Below the pieces are notes generated by a model, which was given only the letters and a program-made list of their open reading frames with translations, was not told where the DNA came from and made no database searches. The position numbers were made by a program, and so were the translations under genes. 64,000 bases of DNA from Myxococcota bacterium (lineage in GTDB: Bacteria > Myxococcota_A > UBA9160 > UBA4427): assembly GCA_965250285.1 (NCBI GenBank), contig OZ252299.1:1856001-1920000 (forward strand), read 5' to 3'. Shown in pieces: positions 10,226-20,791 of this stretch. How positions within the stretch are numbered: position 1 is the first letter of the stretch; every line of letters begins with the position of its first letter.

Positions 10226-11932
10226 CTACTCGTCGCCACCCTCCGCCGCGGCGCCGAGCTTGTCGGCCAGCAGATCGCCGAGCGTCGTCGTCTGACTCTG
10301 GGCCTGCTGTGCAGCGTGCTCCTTGAGAGCCGCGCGCTGCGCCTTGTCGGTGAGCGCCCGGATCGAGAGCGAGATCTTGCCCTCGGCCGGATCGACCTTG
10401 ACGACGAGGGCCGTGACGTCCTGGCCCTCTTTGAAGTGCTCTGCCGGGGTCTCGACCCGCTCTTCGGCAAGCTCAGAGCTGTAGATCAGCCCCTCGATCC
10501 CGTCGTCGAGCTGCACGAACACACCGAAGTCGGTGATGCTCGTAACCGGGCCACTGATCTCGCTGCCGACCGAGTACTTCTTCTGGATGTCGTCCCACGG
10601 GTTCGGCTCGAGCTGCTTGATGCCCAGCGAGAACTTCTCGTTCTCCTTGTCGATCTTGAGCACCATCGCCTCGACTTCGTCGCCCTTCTGGAACTTCTCG
10701 CTCGGGTGCTTGATCTGCTCCGTCCACGAGATGTCCGAGACGTGCACGAGGCCGTCGATGCCCTCGTCCAGGCCGATGAAGACACCGAAGTTCGTGATGT
10801 TGCGCACCACGCCCGACACGCGCGTGCCGACCGGGTACTGCTCCTCGATCACGGTCCACGGGTTGTCCTCGATCTGCTTCATGCCGAGCGAGATCTTGCG
10901 ATTGCGCTCATCCACGTCGAGGACCACGGCTTCGACCTCATCGCCGACGTTGACGATCTTGGACGGGTGCTTCACGCGCTTCGTCCAGGACATCTCGCTC
11001 ACGTGCACGAGCCCCTCGATGCCGGGCTCGAGCTCGATGAACGCGCCGTAGTCGGTCAGCGACACGACCTTGCCGTTGATCCGCACACCCAGCGGGTAGC
11101 GCAGCGCAGCATCCACCCACGGATCGGGCTGGATCTGCTTGAGGCCGAGCGACACGCGCTCGTTCTCGGGGTCGAACTTCAGCACCTTGACCTTGATCTC
11201 GTCGCCGACGTTGAACAGCTCGCTGGGGTGATTGATGCGGCCCCAGCTCATGTCGGTGATGTGGAGCAGACCGTCGATGCCGCCGAGATCGATGAACGCG
11301 CCGTAGTCGGTCAGGTTCTTGATCACGCCGTCGAGGATCTGACCCGCTTCGAGGGTCTGCAGCGTCGACTCACGCATGCGCCGGCGCTCGGTCTCGAGCA
11401 GGGCGCGGCGCGAGAGCACGATGTTGCCTCGGCGCTTGTTGAACTTGATGATCTTGAAGCTGAACTTTTCGCCCAGCATGCCTTCGAGGTTGCGAACCGG
11501 GCGAAGGTCGACCTGCGAGCCAGGCAGGAACGCCTTGACCCCGATGTCGACCGAGAGGCCGCCCTTCACTCGCGCGATGATGGTGCCCTCGACGGGCTCA
11601 TCGGCCTCGTAGGCGCCGCTGATGTCGTCCCAGACCTTGAGGCGTTCGGCCTTCTCCTTCGACAGGAGAATGCGGCCGTCTTCGTCTTCGGTCTCCTCGA
11701 CGAGCACTTCGACCTCGTCGCCGACCTCGACCGCCATCGTGCCGTCTTCGTTCATGAACTCCCAGGCCTGCACGAGGCCCTCGCTCTTGAAGCCGACGTC
11801 GACCTGCACGTAGTCCTTGTCGATCGAAAGGATCTTGCCCTTTGCGATCTCGCCTTCCTTGATCTTCTGTTCGCTCTTCTCGAAGAGATCGGCGAAGCTG
11901 CCAGCGCTCGCCGCGTCCGTAGTGGTACTCAT
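10226..11932 (-). CDS. rpsA: 30S ribosomal protein S1
   Basis: Six S1 repeats (AFLPGSQVD, DYGAFIDLGGIDGLLHITDMSW and others). Confidence 0.98.
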   Translation of the reverse strand: MSTTTDAASAGSFADLFEKSEQKIKEGEIAKGKILSIDKDYVQVDVGFKSEGLVQAWEFMNEDGTMAVEVGDEVEVLVEETEDEDGRILLSKEKAERLKVWDDISGAYEADEPVEGTIIARVKGGLSVDIGVKAFLPGSQVDLRPVRNLEGMLGEKFSFKIIKFNKRRGNIVLSRRALLETERRRMRESTLQTLEAGQILDGVIKNLTDYGAFIDLGGIDGLLHITDMSWGRINHPSELFNVGDEIKVKVLKFDPENERVSLGLKQIQPDPWVDAALRYPLGVRINGKVVSLTDYGAFIELEPGIEGLVHVSEMSWTKRVKHPSKIVNVGDEVEAVVLDVDERNRKISLGMKQIEDNPWTVIEEQYPVGTRVSGVVRNITNFGVFIGLDEGIDGLVHVSDISWTEQIKHPSEKFQKGDEVEAMVLKIDKENEKFSLGIKQLEPNPWDDIQKKYSVGSEISGPVTSITDFGVFVQLDDGIEGLIYSSELAEERVETPAEHFKEGQDVTALVVKVDPAEGKISLSIRALTDKAQRAALKEHAAQQAQSQTTTLGDLLADKLGAAAEGGDE

Positions 11933-11995
11933 GAGTTGTTGGTTGCTCCAGTTGGGGTCGACGGCTCTCGGCGACCTGATCGTTGGTTGTGGTTT

Positions 11996-12898
11996 TCAGT
12001 CCCGGTCGTCCGGGTCGTCCCGCTCGCCGCCGGTCGAGGCATGGGCCGCAGCTGCGGCCAGCGCCTCTCGCGCCGACGAGAGAAATCGTTCCTGGGCCTC
12101 GGCATCGCCGTGCTCGATCACGTGCACGAGCTCGCCGAGCGCCTGCTTGAAGGCCTCGATGGGTCGCACGAGCGCCTTGGTGTTGCTGCTGAGGATCTCG
12201 CCCCAGAGCTCGGCATCGCTGTTCGCGATGCGCGTGAAGTCGCGAAAGCCGCTCCCGGCCATCTCGCCGACCTGGGCCGGCGCCTGTCCGAGCGCCTGCG
12301 CGAACGCAAACGCGACCACGTGCGGCACGTGGCTGACCCAGGCGACCTCGTCATCATGCACGCCGGGCGAGCGCTCGATGACGCGGGCGCCGAGCGCTTC
12401 CCAGAAGCCTCGTACCTGCGCGAGCCCGTCGGGCGGCGTGCTCGGCAGCGGCGTCACGACGCAGCAGGCCCCCTCGAAGAGATCGGCCCGCGCATGCGCG
12501 TTGCCTTTCTCGTGGCTCCCGGCCATGGGATGCGCGCCGACGTAGGCAACGCCCTGGGGCAGCAGCCCCGGCAGCGTATCGGCGAGCGGCCCCTTCACGC
12601 TGCCGACATCCGTCACGATCGTGCCGGGCGCGAGATGAGGGGCCGCCGCCTCGAGCGTCCGCGCCATCGAACCGACCGGTGTCGCGAGCACCACGAGGTC
12701 GGCGCCCGCGACTGCCTCCTCGACACTCCCGATCTCGTCGACGACGCCGCGTTCGAGCGCGGCTTCGAGCGGTGCCCGGCGTCGACCGGCGCCTGCGACG
12801 CGGGCGACGACGCCGCGTTCGCGGGCCGCGAGGGCGACCGATCCGCCGAGCAGCCCCAAACCGACGACGGCGAGCTTCTGGAAGGCCGGCGCGGTCAC
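11996..12898 (-). CDS. tyrA: prephenate/arogenate dehydrogenase
   Basis: VVGLGLLGGS Rossmann motif, TDVGSVK, GAHPMAGS, HD..VAWVSHVPH, GSGFRDFTRIA. GTG at 12898 overlaps the hisC stop. Confidence 0.92.
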   Translation of the reverse strand: MTAPAFQKLAVVGLGLLGGSVALAARERGVVARVAGAGRRRAPLEAALERGVVDEIGSVEEAVAGADLVVLATPVGSMARTLEAAAPHLAPGTIVTDVGSVKGPLADTLPGLLPQGVAYVGAHPMAGSHEKGNAHARADLFEGACCVVTPLPSTPPDGLAQVRGFWEALGARVIERSPGVHDDEVAWVSHVPHVVAFAFAQALGQAPAQVGEMAGSGFRDFTRIANSDAELWGEILSSNTKALVRPIEAFKQALGELVHVIEHGDAEAQERFLSSAREALAAAAAHASTGGERDDPDDRD

Positions 12899-13992
12899 GC
12901 TTCGCTCTCCCGGATCTGCTCGATCGCCTTGATGAGGCGCTCGTTCTCTTCCGCCGTCCCGATCGAGATACGCAGATGGCTGTTCAACCCGAAGCCCGCC
13001 ATCGGGCGCACGATCACCCCCTGTCGCAGCAGCTTGTCGTAGTAGTCGGGGCCGATCTCGACGAGCAGATAGTTCGCGTCGGTCGGCCAGACCCGGCAGC
13101 CGAGCGCCTCGAGCGACTCGGTGAGAAATCGCGCCCCGGCGTCGTTCATCGCCCGGGTCTTCTCGACGTGCTCGACGTCGTCGAGGGCCGCGAGGGCGGC
13201 GACCTCGGCGAGGCGATTCACGTTGAACGGGTGCCGCGCACGCTCGAGGAACCCCGCCATCTCGGCATCGCAGATGCCATAGCCGATGCGCAGCCCGGCG
13301 AGCCCGTAGATCTTCGAGAACGTCCGCAGCACGAGCGTGCCGGGACGCGTCTTCGTGAGCGCCACCGTGTCTGGGAAGTCGTCGCGGCGGACGTACTCGT
13401 AGTACGCCTCGTCGACGACCAGCACCACGTCGGCCGGCAGCTTCGAGACGAACGCGTCGAACGTCGCCTGATCGAAGCTCGTGCCGGTCGGGTTGTTCGG
13501 GTTGCACAGCATCACGACCCGCGTGCGCTCGTTCACCGCTGCGAGGATCGCGTCGAGGTCGTACGTGAAGTCATCGTCGAGCGGCACGCGCACCGGGACG
13601 GCGCCCATGCCCTTGGTGACGATCGGGTACATCGCGAACGAGGGCCAGCCGAAGACCACCTCGTCGTCGCGACGCATGAACGTCTTCGCGACGAGCTCGA
13701 GGATCTCGTCGCCGCCACAGCCGAACACCAGCTGCTTCTCGTCGACCCCGAGCCGCGGCGCGAGCGCAGCTCGGAGCGCGAAGCACGCGCCGTCGGGGTA
13801 CCGGAACACCTCACCGACTGCGCCCTGCATCGCCGCGAGCGCCTTCGGCGACGGGCCGAGCGGGTTCTCGTTCGAAGCGAGCTTGACTGAATCGGTGACG
13901 CCGAGCTCCCGCTCGAGCTCTTCGAGCGGCTTGCCCGGCTCGTACGGCGCCAGCTCGCGAATGTGCGGATTGACCAGGTCGGAGAGCGCCAT
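12895..13992 (-). CDS. hisC: histidinol-phosphate aminotransferase
   Basis: KLASNENPLG, CNPNNPTG, DEAY, RTFSKIYGLAGLRIGY. Confidence 0.95.
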   Translation of the reverse strand: MALSDLVNPHIRELAPYEPGKPLEELERELGVTDSVKLASNENPLGPSPKALAAMQGAVGEVFRYPDGACFALRAALAPRLGVDEKQLVFGCGGDEILELVAKTFMRRDDEVVFGWPSFAMYPIVTKGMGAVPVRVPLDDDFTYDLDAILAAVNERTRVVMLCNPNNPTGTSFDQATFDAFVSKLPADVVLVVDEAYYEYVRRDDFPDTVALTKTRPGTLVLRTFSKIYGLAGLRIGYGICDAEMAGFLERARHPFNVNRLAEVAALAALDDVEHVEKTRAMNDAGARFLTESLEALGCRVWPTDANYLLVEIGPDYYDKLLRQGVIVRPMAGFGLNSHLRISIGTAEENERLIKAIEQIRESEA

Positions 13993-15143
13993 CACGAACG
14001 CCTCCCCAGCTGGCGCCCGGCCGGCTCGAGACCGCGTGGGTACGAGCCGAGCACCTTGTGCGAGTGCGCGTAGGCGGCCGCCGCGTCGAGCGCCCGACCG
14101 ACCTCAGGGTCGGTCTCGTGGCCCTCGAGGTCGACGAAGAAGATGTACTCCCAGGGCTTGCCCTTCATCGGCCGCGACTGCACGGCCGTGAGGTTCACCC
14201 CGTGCTCTGCGAACGGCGCAAGCAGGTGGTAGAGCGCCCCCGACTGATCGCGGCGAATCGTGAACGCGGCCGAAGTCACGTCGTTGCCGCTCGCCTGGGG
14301 CGTCTTCTTGCCAATCACGAGGAACCGCGTCGTGTTGCCCGAGTGGTCCTGGATGTCGCGAGCGACGAACTCGAGGCCATACGCCTCGGCAGCGACCTCG
14401 CTGCCGATGGCGGCGACGCTCTCGTCGTCGACGGCCATCTGGGCGGCGGCACCGGTGCTCGTCGTGTCTTGCGTCTCGACCATCGATAGATTGCGCTCGA
14501 GCCAGTGCTGACACTGAGCGAGCGGCTGCGGGTGCGACGCCACCAGCTTGATGTCATCGATGCGACCCGTGCGCGAGAGCAGATTCTGCGAGACCTCGAG
14601 CGTCAGCTCGCCGCAGATCGTCACCTCGGCCTCGACGAGCGAGTCGTAGGTCACCGTGATCGCCCCTTCGATCGTGTTCTCGACGGGAATCACGCCGAAG
14701 TGCGCCTCGCCTCGTTCGGTCTCGGTGAACACGTCACGCATGTGACGGACCGGCACCAGGTCGACCTGCGAGCCGAACTGGCGCAACACGGCCTGATGAC
14801 TGAACGTGCCCTCGGGTCCGAGAAACGCGACGCGCACGCGCTCTTCGAGCGATCGGGTCGCCGAGATGATCTCTCGAAACACGTGGGGGATCGCGTCGTT
14901 GGGGAACGGCCCGCCGTTGCGATCGATGAGTGCGTTCACCAGATCGCGCTCGCGCGATGCCACATAGACCGGGCTTCGCAGCCCCCCCTGCTTCGCTTGA
15001 CCGACCTCGCGCACCAGCTCGGCCCGCTTGTTGAGCAGGTCGAGGATCCCGCGATCGACTTCGTCGATCTGTCCGCGCAGCTCACCCAATCGCCAGTCGA
15101 GCTCCGGGTCGTCGGGTGCGTTGGGATCGGGTTTGAGGGCCAT
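13992..15143 (-). CDS. pheA: chorismate mutase/prephenate dehydratase (P-protein)
   Basis: LRGQIDEVDRGILDLLNKRA (chorismate mutase), FLGPEGTFS, PVEN, SHPQ, NTTRF, ACT domain. ATG at 15143 follows GGAGAG. Confidence 0.93.
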   Translation of the reverse strand: MALKPDPNAPDDPELDWRLGELRGQIDEVDRGILDLLNKRAELVREVGQAKQGGLRSPVYVASRERDLVNALIDRNGGPFPNDAIPHVFREIISATRSLEERVRVAFLGPEGTFSHQAVLRQFGSQVDLVPVRHMRDVFTETERGEAHFGVIPVENTIEGAITVTYDSLVEAEVTICGELTLEVSQNLLSRTGRIDDIKLVASHPQPLAQCQHWLERNLSMVETQDTTSTGAAAQMAVDDESVAAIGSEVAAEAYGLEFVARDIQDHSGNTTRFLVIGKKTPQASGNDVTSAAFTIRRDQSGALYHLLAPFAEHGVNLTAVQSRPMKGKPWEYIFFVDLEGHETDPEVGRALDAAAAYAHSHKVLGSYPRGLEPAGRQLGRRS

Positions 15144-15453
15144 GGCGCGGTGTGAGTCTCTCCGGACTGACGTGCCGTTTGCGCTGCGGGTTCGGGACGT
15201 TGCGGCGATTCGTTCCTTGCACGCTCGTTCGGTGCCGATCTCGTCGTCACGCGTCCCGGCGAACGAGTCGACATCGCAGGCAGCGCAGGCAGCGCACATC
15301 GTGCGCGCCTTCGCTTGGGCGAGATCGGTTGTCGTTCTTGGTCCTTCGCGGCGAAGCACGCACACACGTCCGTGCCCGGTCTCGAAGTCGGTTGGATCGT
15401 CTGGCGAGCTCGCGGCGCGCCGAGAACCGCTAACCCCCCGGAATTGCAGGCGC

Positions 15454-15482
15454 AATATATCCGACGGGCATCGCAGTGGCAA
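15454..15482 (-). promoter_or_regulatory. sigma70-type promoter for the pheA operon
   Basis: TTGCCA-N17-TATATT on the minus strand; an AT-rich box in a GC-rich background. Confidence 0.7.
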
Positions 15483-15620
15483 TCCAGAAACAGCCAAATC
15501 GGTCGGCAGATCAATGGGTTGGGGCGACCAGCCGCGTCCGGGGCACCGAGCCGCGGTGGGCAGGGCAAGATCGGGCGAAAACACCGGGTTCAGAACGCCT
15601 TTTTGGGCCGATTTGGTGCT

Positions 15621-15648
15621 TCAAGGCCTCACCCCGAATCGCCGATAC
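15621..15648 (+). promoter_or_regulatory. sigma28/FliA-like promoter
   Basis: TCAA-N16-GCCGATAC, ending 31 nt before the diguanylate cyclase ATG. Confidence 0.65.
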
Positions 15649-15679
15649 GCGCCTCGTCCATCCGCGAGCGAGCGCCTCG

Positions 15680-17380
15680 ATGTCCGAGCCCCAGATCGCC
15701 GTCCCCGGCCCGACCCAGCCCCCGCGGGCGCGCCGGCAGGTTTTCAACAGCCTGTCGACGCGGGTCATCTTCTTCGTCTTTCTGTCGACGTTCCTGACGG
15801 CCCTCGTCGTCAGCTGGATCTCGATCCATGCGATCCACTCCCAGCTGCGGGCCGAGCTCGACCGGCGATTTCCCGCGATTCTCGAGGAGCGCGTCGACTC
15901 GATCGAGAGCCTGAGCCGAGAATTCGAGCGCCGGATCACGCGCGCAGGGGCCGACGAAGAGCTGGTCCGCGCCGTCTACCGGTCGCGCAAACCCGAGAAG
16001 CTCGCCGAGCTGCTCGAGACTCAGCTCTCGCAGATGCCGGGCTTCGACGCGCTCATGCTCCTCGACGAGAGAGGTGTGCCCGTCGCATCGGCCGGCCACG
16101 TCGACAGCGCGACGAGGCAGGCCTGTGTGCTCGCCCTCGACGGGGACCGCGCAGCGCGCACCCGCCGCACACCCCTGGTGATCGAGGACCCCGCTGGCGC
16201 GCCCGCGCGCGCCGTCGTGGTTTCGAGGCTCGACACGCCGGCCGGGCCCGGCGGCTGGATCGCCGGTCGCCACGGCTTCGAGCGCTTCGCCGCGGCGCTG
16301 CACACCCGACCGCACGAGGGCAGCGCACGGATCTCACTGGTCACCCAAGACGGTCGCGTGGTGGCGAGCGGCGACGACGCGGCGCGCGCCCGGATCCCGC
16401 CCGGTCGCCTCGCGCGTCTCGGCGCGGCCGGGGTCCACGAGTACACGAGCGACGACTCAGAACACGTGCTCGGCGCAGCGAAGCCCCTCCGCGACGAGCG
16501 CTTCACGCTGCTCGTCGAAGCCCCGTTCGACGTCGCATTCGCCCCAGTGCTCTCGGTGGTGAGTCGCATCTTCGTGAGCGACCTCGTCATCATCCTCGTG
16601 TTCAGCTTCCTCGCCTACAAGATCACCGCGGCGATCATGCAGCCGATTCGCGCGCTGTCCGACGGCGCGCAGCGCATCTCGCAGGGCGACTACGACCACG
16701 CGATTCCCGAATCCCGCGGCAACGACGAGATCGGACTGTTGATTCGCACCTTCAACGACATGCTCTCGCAGCTGCGCCGCAACTCGTCCGAGATCGACGA
16801 CGACCAACGTCGCCTCACCGAGCAGAACGAAGAGCTGCAGCGCGCCAACGAAGTGCTCGCCCAGCTCTCGATCACCGACGGGCTCACGAAGCTTCACAAT
16901 CACCGCTACTTCCAGGATCATTTGACGCGCGAGATCAAGCGCATCGGCCGCACGGGCGAGCCTTTGTCGATGATCCTGATGGATCTCGACGACTTCAAAC
17001 GCTTGAACGACCTCTACGGGCATGCCGCGGGCGACGAGCTGCTCGTCGGCGTCGCGAACATCCTCGTCGACACCGTGCGTGAGAGCGACCTGCTCGCGCG
17101 CTATGGCGGTGAGGAGTTCGTGATCCTCGCGACGGGCACCGAGCTCGAGGGCGCGATCGCGATGGCAGAGAAGATTCGCATGTCCGTCGAGACGTCGAGC
17201 CACATCGTCGACGACTCGATGCGACCGATCCGGGTCACGCTGTCGATCGGCGTCGCGGCCTATCGGGGTGATCGCCGTGTGTTCTTCCAGGCGGCAGATC
17301 GCGCGCTCTACGACGCGAAGGCGCAGGGCAAGAACTGTGTCATCGCGGCGAGCGAACCCGAAGACGACCTCGAGGCCTAG
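15680..17380 (+). CDS. membrane sensor diguanylate cyclase (Cache-like, HAMP, GGDEF)
   Basis: Two TM segments, HAMP (PIRALSDGA..DEIGLLIRTFNDM), DGLT, DLDDFKRLND, RESD I-site, RYGGEEF. Confidence 0.93.
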   Translation: MSEPQIAVPGPTQPPRARRQVFNSLSTRVIFFVFLSTFLTALVVSWISIHAIHSQLRAELDRRFPAILEERVDSIESLSREFERRITRAGADEELVRAVYRSRKPEKLAELLETQLSQMPGFDALMLLDERGVPVASAGHVDSATRQACVLALDGDRAARTRRTPLVIEDPAGAPARAVVVSRLDTPAGPGGWIAGRHGFERFAAALHTRPHEGSARISLVTQDGRVVASGDDAARARIPPGRLARLGAAGVHEYTSDDSEHVLGAAKPLRDERFTLLVEAPFDVAFAPVLSVVSRIFVSDLVIILVFSFLAYKITAAIMQPIRALSDGAQRISQGDYDHAIPESRGNDEIGLLIRTFNDMLSQLRRNSSEIDDDQRRLTEQNEELQRANEVLAQLSITDGLTKLHNHRYFQDHLTREIKRIGRTGEPLSMILMDLDDFKRLNDLYGHAAGDELLVGVANILVDTVRESDLLARYGGEEFVILATGTELEGAIAMAEKIRMSVETSSHIVDDSMRPIRVTLSIGVAAYRGDRRVFFQAADRALYDAKAQGKNCVIAASEPEDDLEA

Positions 17381-17389
17381 CGGCTGCGG

Positions 17390-17418
17390 TTGAGCGCAAG
17401 GCGCCAGCCTGCGATGCT
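17390..17418 (+). promoter_or_regulatory. sigma70-type promoter, leaderless coaE
   Basis: TTGAGC-N17-GATGCT with TG extension, 6 nt before the ATG. Confidence 0.5.
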
Positions 17419-17424
17419 CGGGCC

Positions 17425-18087
17425 ATGACTCCCATCGTCGGACTCTCGGGCGGCATCGGCTCGGGCAAGAGCACCGTGAGCAGCATGCTGGACGAGCTCG
17501 GCGCGTTGATCGTCGACGCCGACGCGATCGTCCACGAGCTGCAGGCGCCGGGCATGCCCCTGCTGCGCCAGATCGCCGAGGCATTCGGCGATGAGATGAT
17601 CGATGAGAACGGGGCGCTCGACCGGGCCGCGCTCGGGGCCGTGGTCTTTCGGGACCCCGGCGCGCGCCGCACGCTCGGCGAGATCATGCATCCGCCGGTG
17701 ATCGCCGAGATGGTGCGCCGCACCGATCAAGGGGGGCAGGATCGCCACCCGCTCGTCGTCCTCGACATCCCCCTGCTCTTCGAAGGCAAGCAGGCCGGCA
17801 CCGGTAGTGCGGTCGCGTTCGACTACGACGCGTTGGTGGCCGTCTGGGTGCCACGGCAGCTTCAGATCCAGCGCACGATGGCCCGCGACGGCTGCGACGA
17901 GGCCGAAGCCGAGCGCCGCGTCAACGCACAGCTCGACATCGACGAGAAGCGCCGCATGGCGACGCACGTGATCGACAACTCGGGCACGGTCGACGACACC
18001 CTGCGCCAGGTCGAAGCGCTGTACGACGAGCTGGCATGGATCGCGGCGCACCCGGGCGAAGACGCCGGAGAGCAACGAACCGACTGA
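17425..18087 (+). CDS. coaE: dephospho-CoA kinase
   Basis: GLSGGIGSGKST, IVDAD, LDRAALG, HP, DIPLLFE, VIDNSG. Confidence 0.95.
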   Translation: MTPIVGLSGGIGSGKSTVSSMLDELGALIVDADAIVHELQAPGMPLLRQIAEAFGDEMIDENGALDRAALGAVVFRDPGARRTLGEIMHPPVIAEMVRRTDQGGQDRHPLVVLDIPLLFEGKQAGTGSAVAFDYDALVAVWVPRQLQIQRTMARDGCDEAEAERRVNAQLDIDEKRRMATHVIDNSGTVDDTLRQVEALYDELAWIAAHPGEDAGEQRTD

Positions 18088-18122
18088 CGCCGAAGCGGAA
18101 GCTGAAGTGGGGGTGGTTCGGC

Positions 18123-18518
18123 CTACGAGACCTCGAGGTCGTACGTCGGCACTCGCTCGGAAGACTCGAGCACGAACTGGAACACGTGCGCGCCGATCTC
18201 GATGCGATCGCCGTGCTTGAGGTCGGCCGCATCGACGCGGCTGCCGTTGACGGCAATGCCGTTGGTGCTGCCCATGTCGCGGACGCGCACGCCTCGGTCG
18301 GCCGGCTCGAACGCAGCATGCACCTTCGACATCGCCGGGTCGGTCACCTGGATGTCGACGCCGGGCCCACGGCCCACGGTCACACCGTTCTCGAGAATCT
18401 CGTGCTCGGCCCCCGCACTCGATCCCTCGAGCACGATCAGCGTCGCGCGATGCGTCGCCAGGAAGACTCGCCCGAGCGCCTCGCCGCGGGGCAGCCGGGT
18501 GGTGTGTCCGTCTTTCAT
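18123..18518 (-). CDS. FHA domain-containing protein
   Basis: VGRG, DPAMSKVHA, DMGSTNG, GDRIEIG. Confidence 0.88.
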   Translation of the reverse strand: MKDGHTTRLPRGEALGRVFLATHRATLIVLEGSSAGAEHEILENGVTVGRGPGVDIQVTDPAMSKVHAAFEPADRGVRVRDMGSTNGIAVNGSRVDAADLKHGDRIEIGAHVFQFVLESSERVPTYDLEVS

Positions 18519-18574
18519 GGAAGATTCCTCTCACGGCCGATCAGAGGGGTGCACTCACAGGGGCCGCACGCCCT

Positions 18575-18602
18575 GCATCGGAAAAGCCGACGTTCGTCTT
18601 GA
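18575..18602 (-). promoter_or_regulatory. sigma28/FliA-like promoter
   Basis: TCAA-N16-TCCGATGC upstream of the FHA gene. Confidence 0.55.
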
Positions 18603-18679
18603 GAGGGGGGAGACGCCGATCGGCCCTGCGCCGGGCACGCACGCACGAGAGGCCGCTCGAGGCGTCTTCGCGGGCGTAT

Positions 18680-19477
18680 TCAGGCCTTGAGCGGCGCCTT
18701 CAGCTCGCTCACCAGTTTGGCCACGGCGTCGACCGCCGCGTCGCGATTCGGCGCACGCTCGATCACGTCGACGAAGGCCGAGCCGACGACGACGCCGTCA
18801 GCGAAAGCGCCGACGCGGGCTGCGTGCTCGGGCTTCGAGATGCCGAACCCGACGCAGACCGGTACATCGCCCGCCTGCTTGGCGCGGGTCACGTTCTGCT
18901 CGATGCCGTCCGCGAGCTCGGTGCGCGCACCGGTCACACCCTGCAGCGAGACGTAGTAGAGGAAGCCGCGGGTCTCTCGAACGAGGCGCTCGAGTCGGGC
19001 GGGCGGCGTGGTGGGACTCGCGAGCAGCACGGGATCGACACCGCGCGCTCGACACGGAACAAAGAAGGGCTCGCCCTCTTCCGGCGGCAGGTCGGGAATG
19101 ATGATCCCGTCGACGCCGGCCACCGCCGCGCGCTCGGCGAAGGCCTCGGCGCCCATCGCGTGCAGCGGGTTCGCGTACCCCATCAGCAGGAGCGGCGTAT
19201 CGATCTCGCTGCGCAGTCGCGTGACGAGCTCGAGAATCGCGCGCAGACTCGTCCCCTGCGCGAGCGCCCGCTCACTGGCGCGTTGAATCGTCGGCCCCTC
19301 GGCGATCGGATCCGAGAACGGCACGCCGATCTCGATCAGGTCGGCGCCGCTCTCGACCATCGCCATCACGATCGCCGCCGTGGTCTCGAGATCTGGATCA
19401 CCCGCGGTGAGAAAGGGAACGAGCGCCTTTTCACCCCGCTCTCGGAGTGCGTCGAACGTCGCTTCGATCCGGCTCAT
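18680..19477 (-). CDS. trpA: tryptophan synthase alpha chain
   Basis: [47 protein letters not shown]. Confidence 0.96.
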   Translation of the reverse strand: MSRIEATFDALRERGEKALVPFLTAGDPDLETTAAIVMAMVESGADLIEIGVPFSDPIAEGPTIQRASERALAQGTSLRAILELVTRLRSEIDTPLLLMGYANPLHAMGAEAFAERAAVAGVDGIIIPDLPPEEGEPFFVPCRARGVDPVLLASPTTPPARLERLVRETRGFLYYVSLQGVTGARTELADGIEQNVTRAKQAGDVPVCVGFGISKPEHAARVGAFADGVVVGSAFVDVIERAPNRDAAVDAVAKLVSELKAPLKA

Positions 19478-20709
19478 GTGCGTTTCCGCCCGGGATGACC
19501 GGCATGGAGCGGGCTGCGCCCGTCCCGCTCGAGGATGTCGCGCACCTCGGCGACGTCCTTGTCGCCCCGGCCCGACAGGTTGATCACGATGATCGCATCC
19601 TTCGAGAGCTGGGCCGCGAGCTTGCGCGCGTGCGCGATGGCGTGGGCCGATTCGAGCGCGGGGATGATCCCCTCGGTCTGCGAGAGATACAGGAAGGCAT
19701 CGAGCGCCTCGTCGTCGGTCACGACCTCGTACTCGGCGCGTCCGACGTCGCGCAGGAACGCGTGCTCGGGACCGACGCCCGGATAGTCGAGGCCTGCCGA
19801 GATCGAGTGGGCCGGACAGATCTGGCCGTCGTCGTCGCTCAGCACGTAGGTGCGCTTGCCGTGGAAGATCGCGGGGACACCCTCGGCCAGGGTCGCGCCG
19901 TGTCGATTCGTCTGCAGCCCCTCTCCGCCGGGCTCGACGCCGATGAGTCGCACCGCGTCGTCCTCGACGAACGGGTGAAAGAGGCCCATCGCGTTCGAAC
20001 CGCCGCCCACGCAGGCCAAGCACGCGTCGGGCAGGCGTCCTTCCACCTCGAGGATCTGCGCGCGGGCCTCGACACCGATGACCCGCTGGAAGTCTCGGAC
20101 CAGTGTCGGATACGGGTGCGGGCCCATCACCGAGCCGACGCAGTAGTACGTCGTCTCGACGTTCGTCACCCAGTCGCGCATCGCCTCGTTGATGGCGTCC
20201 TTGAGGGTCCTCGAGCCGTTCTCGACCGGCGTGCAGGTCGCGCCGAGCAGCTCCATGCGGAACACGTTGAGCGCCTGACGCCGCACGTCTTCGGCGCCCA
20301 TGTACACCTCGCACTCGAGGCCCAGCAGTGCACACGCGGTCGCGGTGGCGGTGCCGTGCTGGCCCGCGCCGGTCTCGGCGATCACGCGAGGCTTGCCCAT
20401 GTACTTCGCGAGCAGCGCCTGACCGAGCACGTTGTTGATCTTGTGCGCGCCGGTGTGCGCGAGATCCTCGCGCTTCAAGTAGATCTTCGCGCCGCCGACA
20501 TCGGCGGTCATGCGCTCGGCCAGGGTGAGCGGGGTCGGGCGGCCCGCGTATGTGCTCAACAGGTGATCGAGCTCTTCGCGGTACGCCTTCGACTGCAGGA
20601 TCGTCTCGCACGCCTCGTTCAACTCGTCGAGGGCGGTCATCAACATCTCGGGGACGTAGCGCCCGCCGAACTCACCGAACTTGCCGTAGGCGTCGGCTTC
20701 ACTCTTCAT
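19474..20709 (-). CDS. trpB: tryptophan synthase beta chain
   Basis: [51 protein letters not shown]. Confidence 0.98.
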   Translation of the reverse strand: MKSEADAYGKFGEFGGRYVPEMLMTALDELNEACETILQSKAYREELDHLLSTYAGRPTPLTLAERMTADVGGAKIYLKREDLAHTGAHKINNVLGQALLAKYMGKPRVIAETGAGQHGTATATACALLGLECEVYMGAEDVRRQALNVFRMELLGATCTPVENGSRTLKDAINEAMRDWVTNVETTYYCVGSVMGPHPYPTLVRDFQRVIGVEARAQILEVEGRLPDACLACVGGGSNAMGLFHPFVEDDAVRLIGVEPGGEGLQTNRHGATLAEGVPAIFHGKRTYVLSDDDGQICPAHSISAGLDYPGVGPEHAFLRDVGRAEYEVVTDDEALDAFLYLSQTEGIIPALESAHAIAHARKLAAQLSKDAIIVINLSGRGDKDVAEVRDILERDGRSPLHAGHPGRKRT

Positions 20710-20791
20710 GGCTTGACTCTCTCTCTCTTTGCTCCGACCTGCTGCTTCGCACGTTCGGTGGTTCGCACGGCCCGTCCGGCGAGCCTGCCCC

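Noticed and set aside
15299..15584. ORF-track N-terminal extensions of pheA (and similarly of xerD, tyrA, trpA, queG, POT, DGC)
   Set aside because: The extensions overlap promoters or neighbouring genes and have low-complexity composition. Starts were reassigned using stop/start overlaps and SD or -10 positions.
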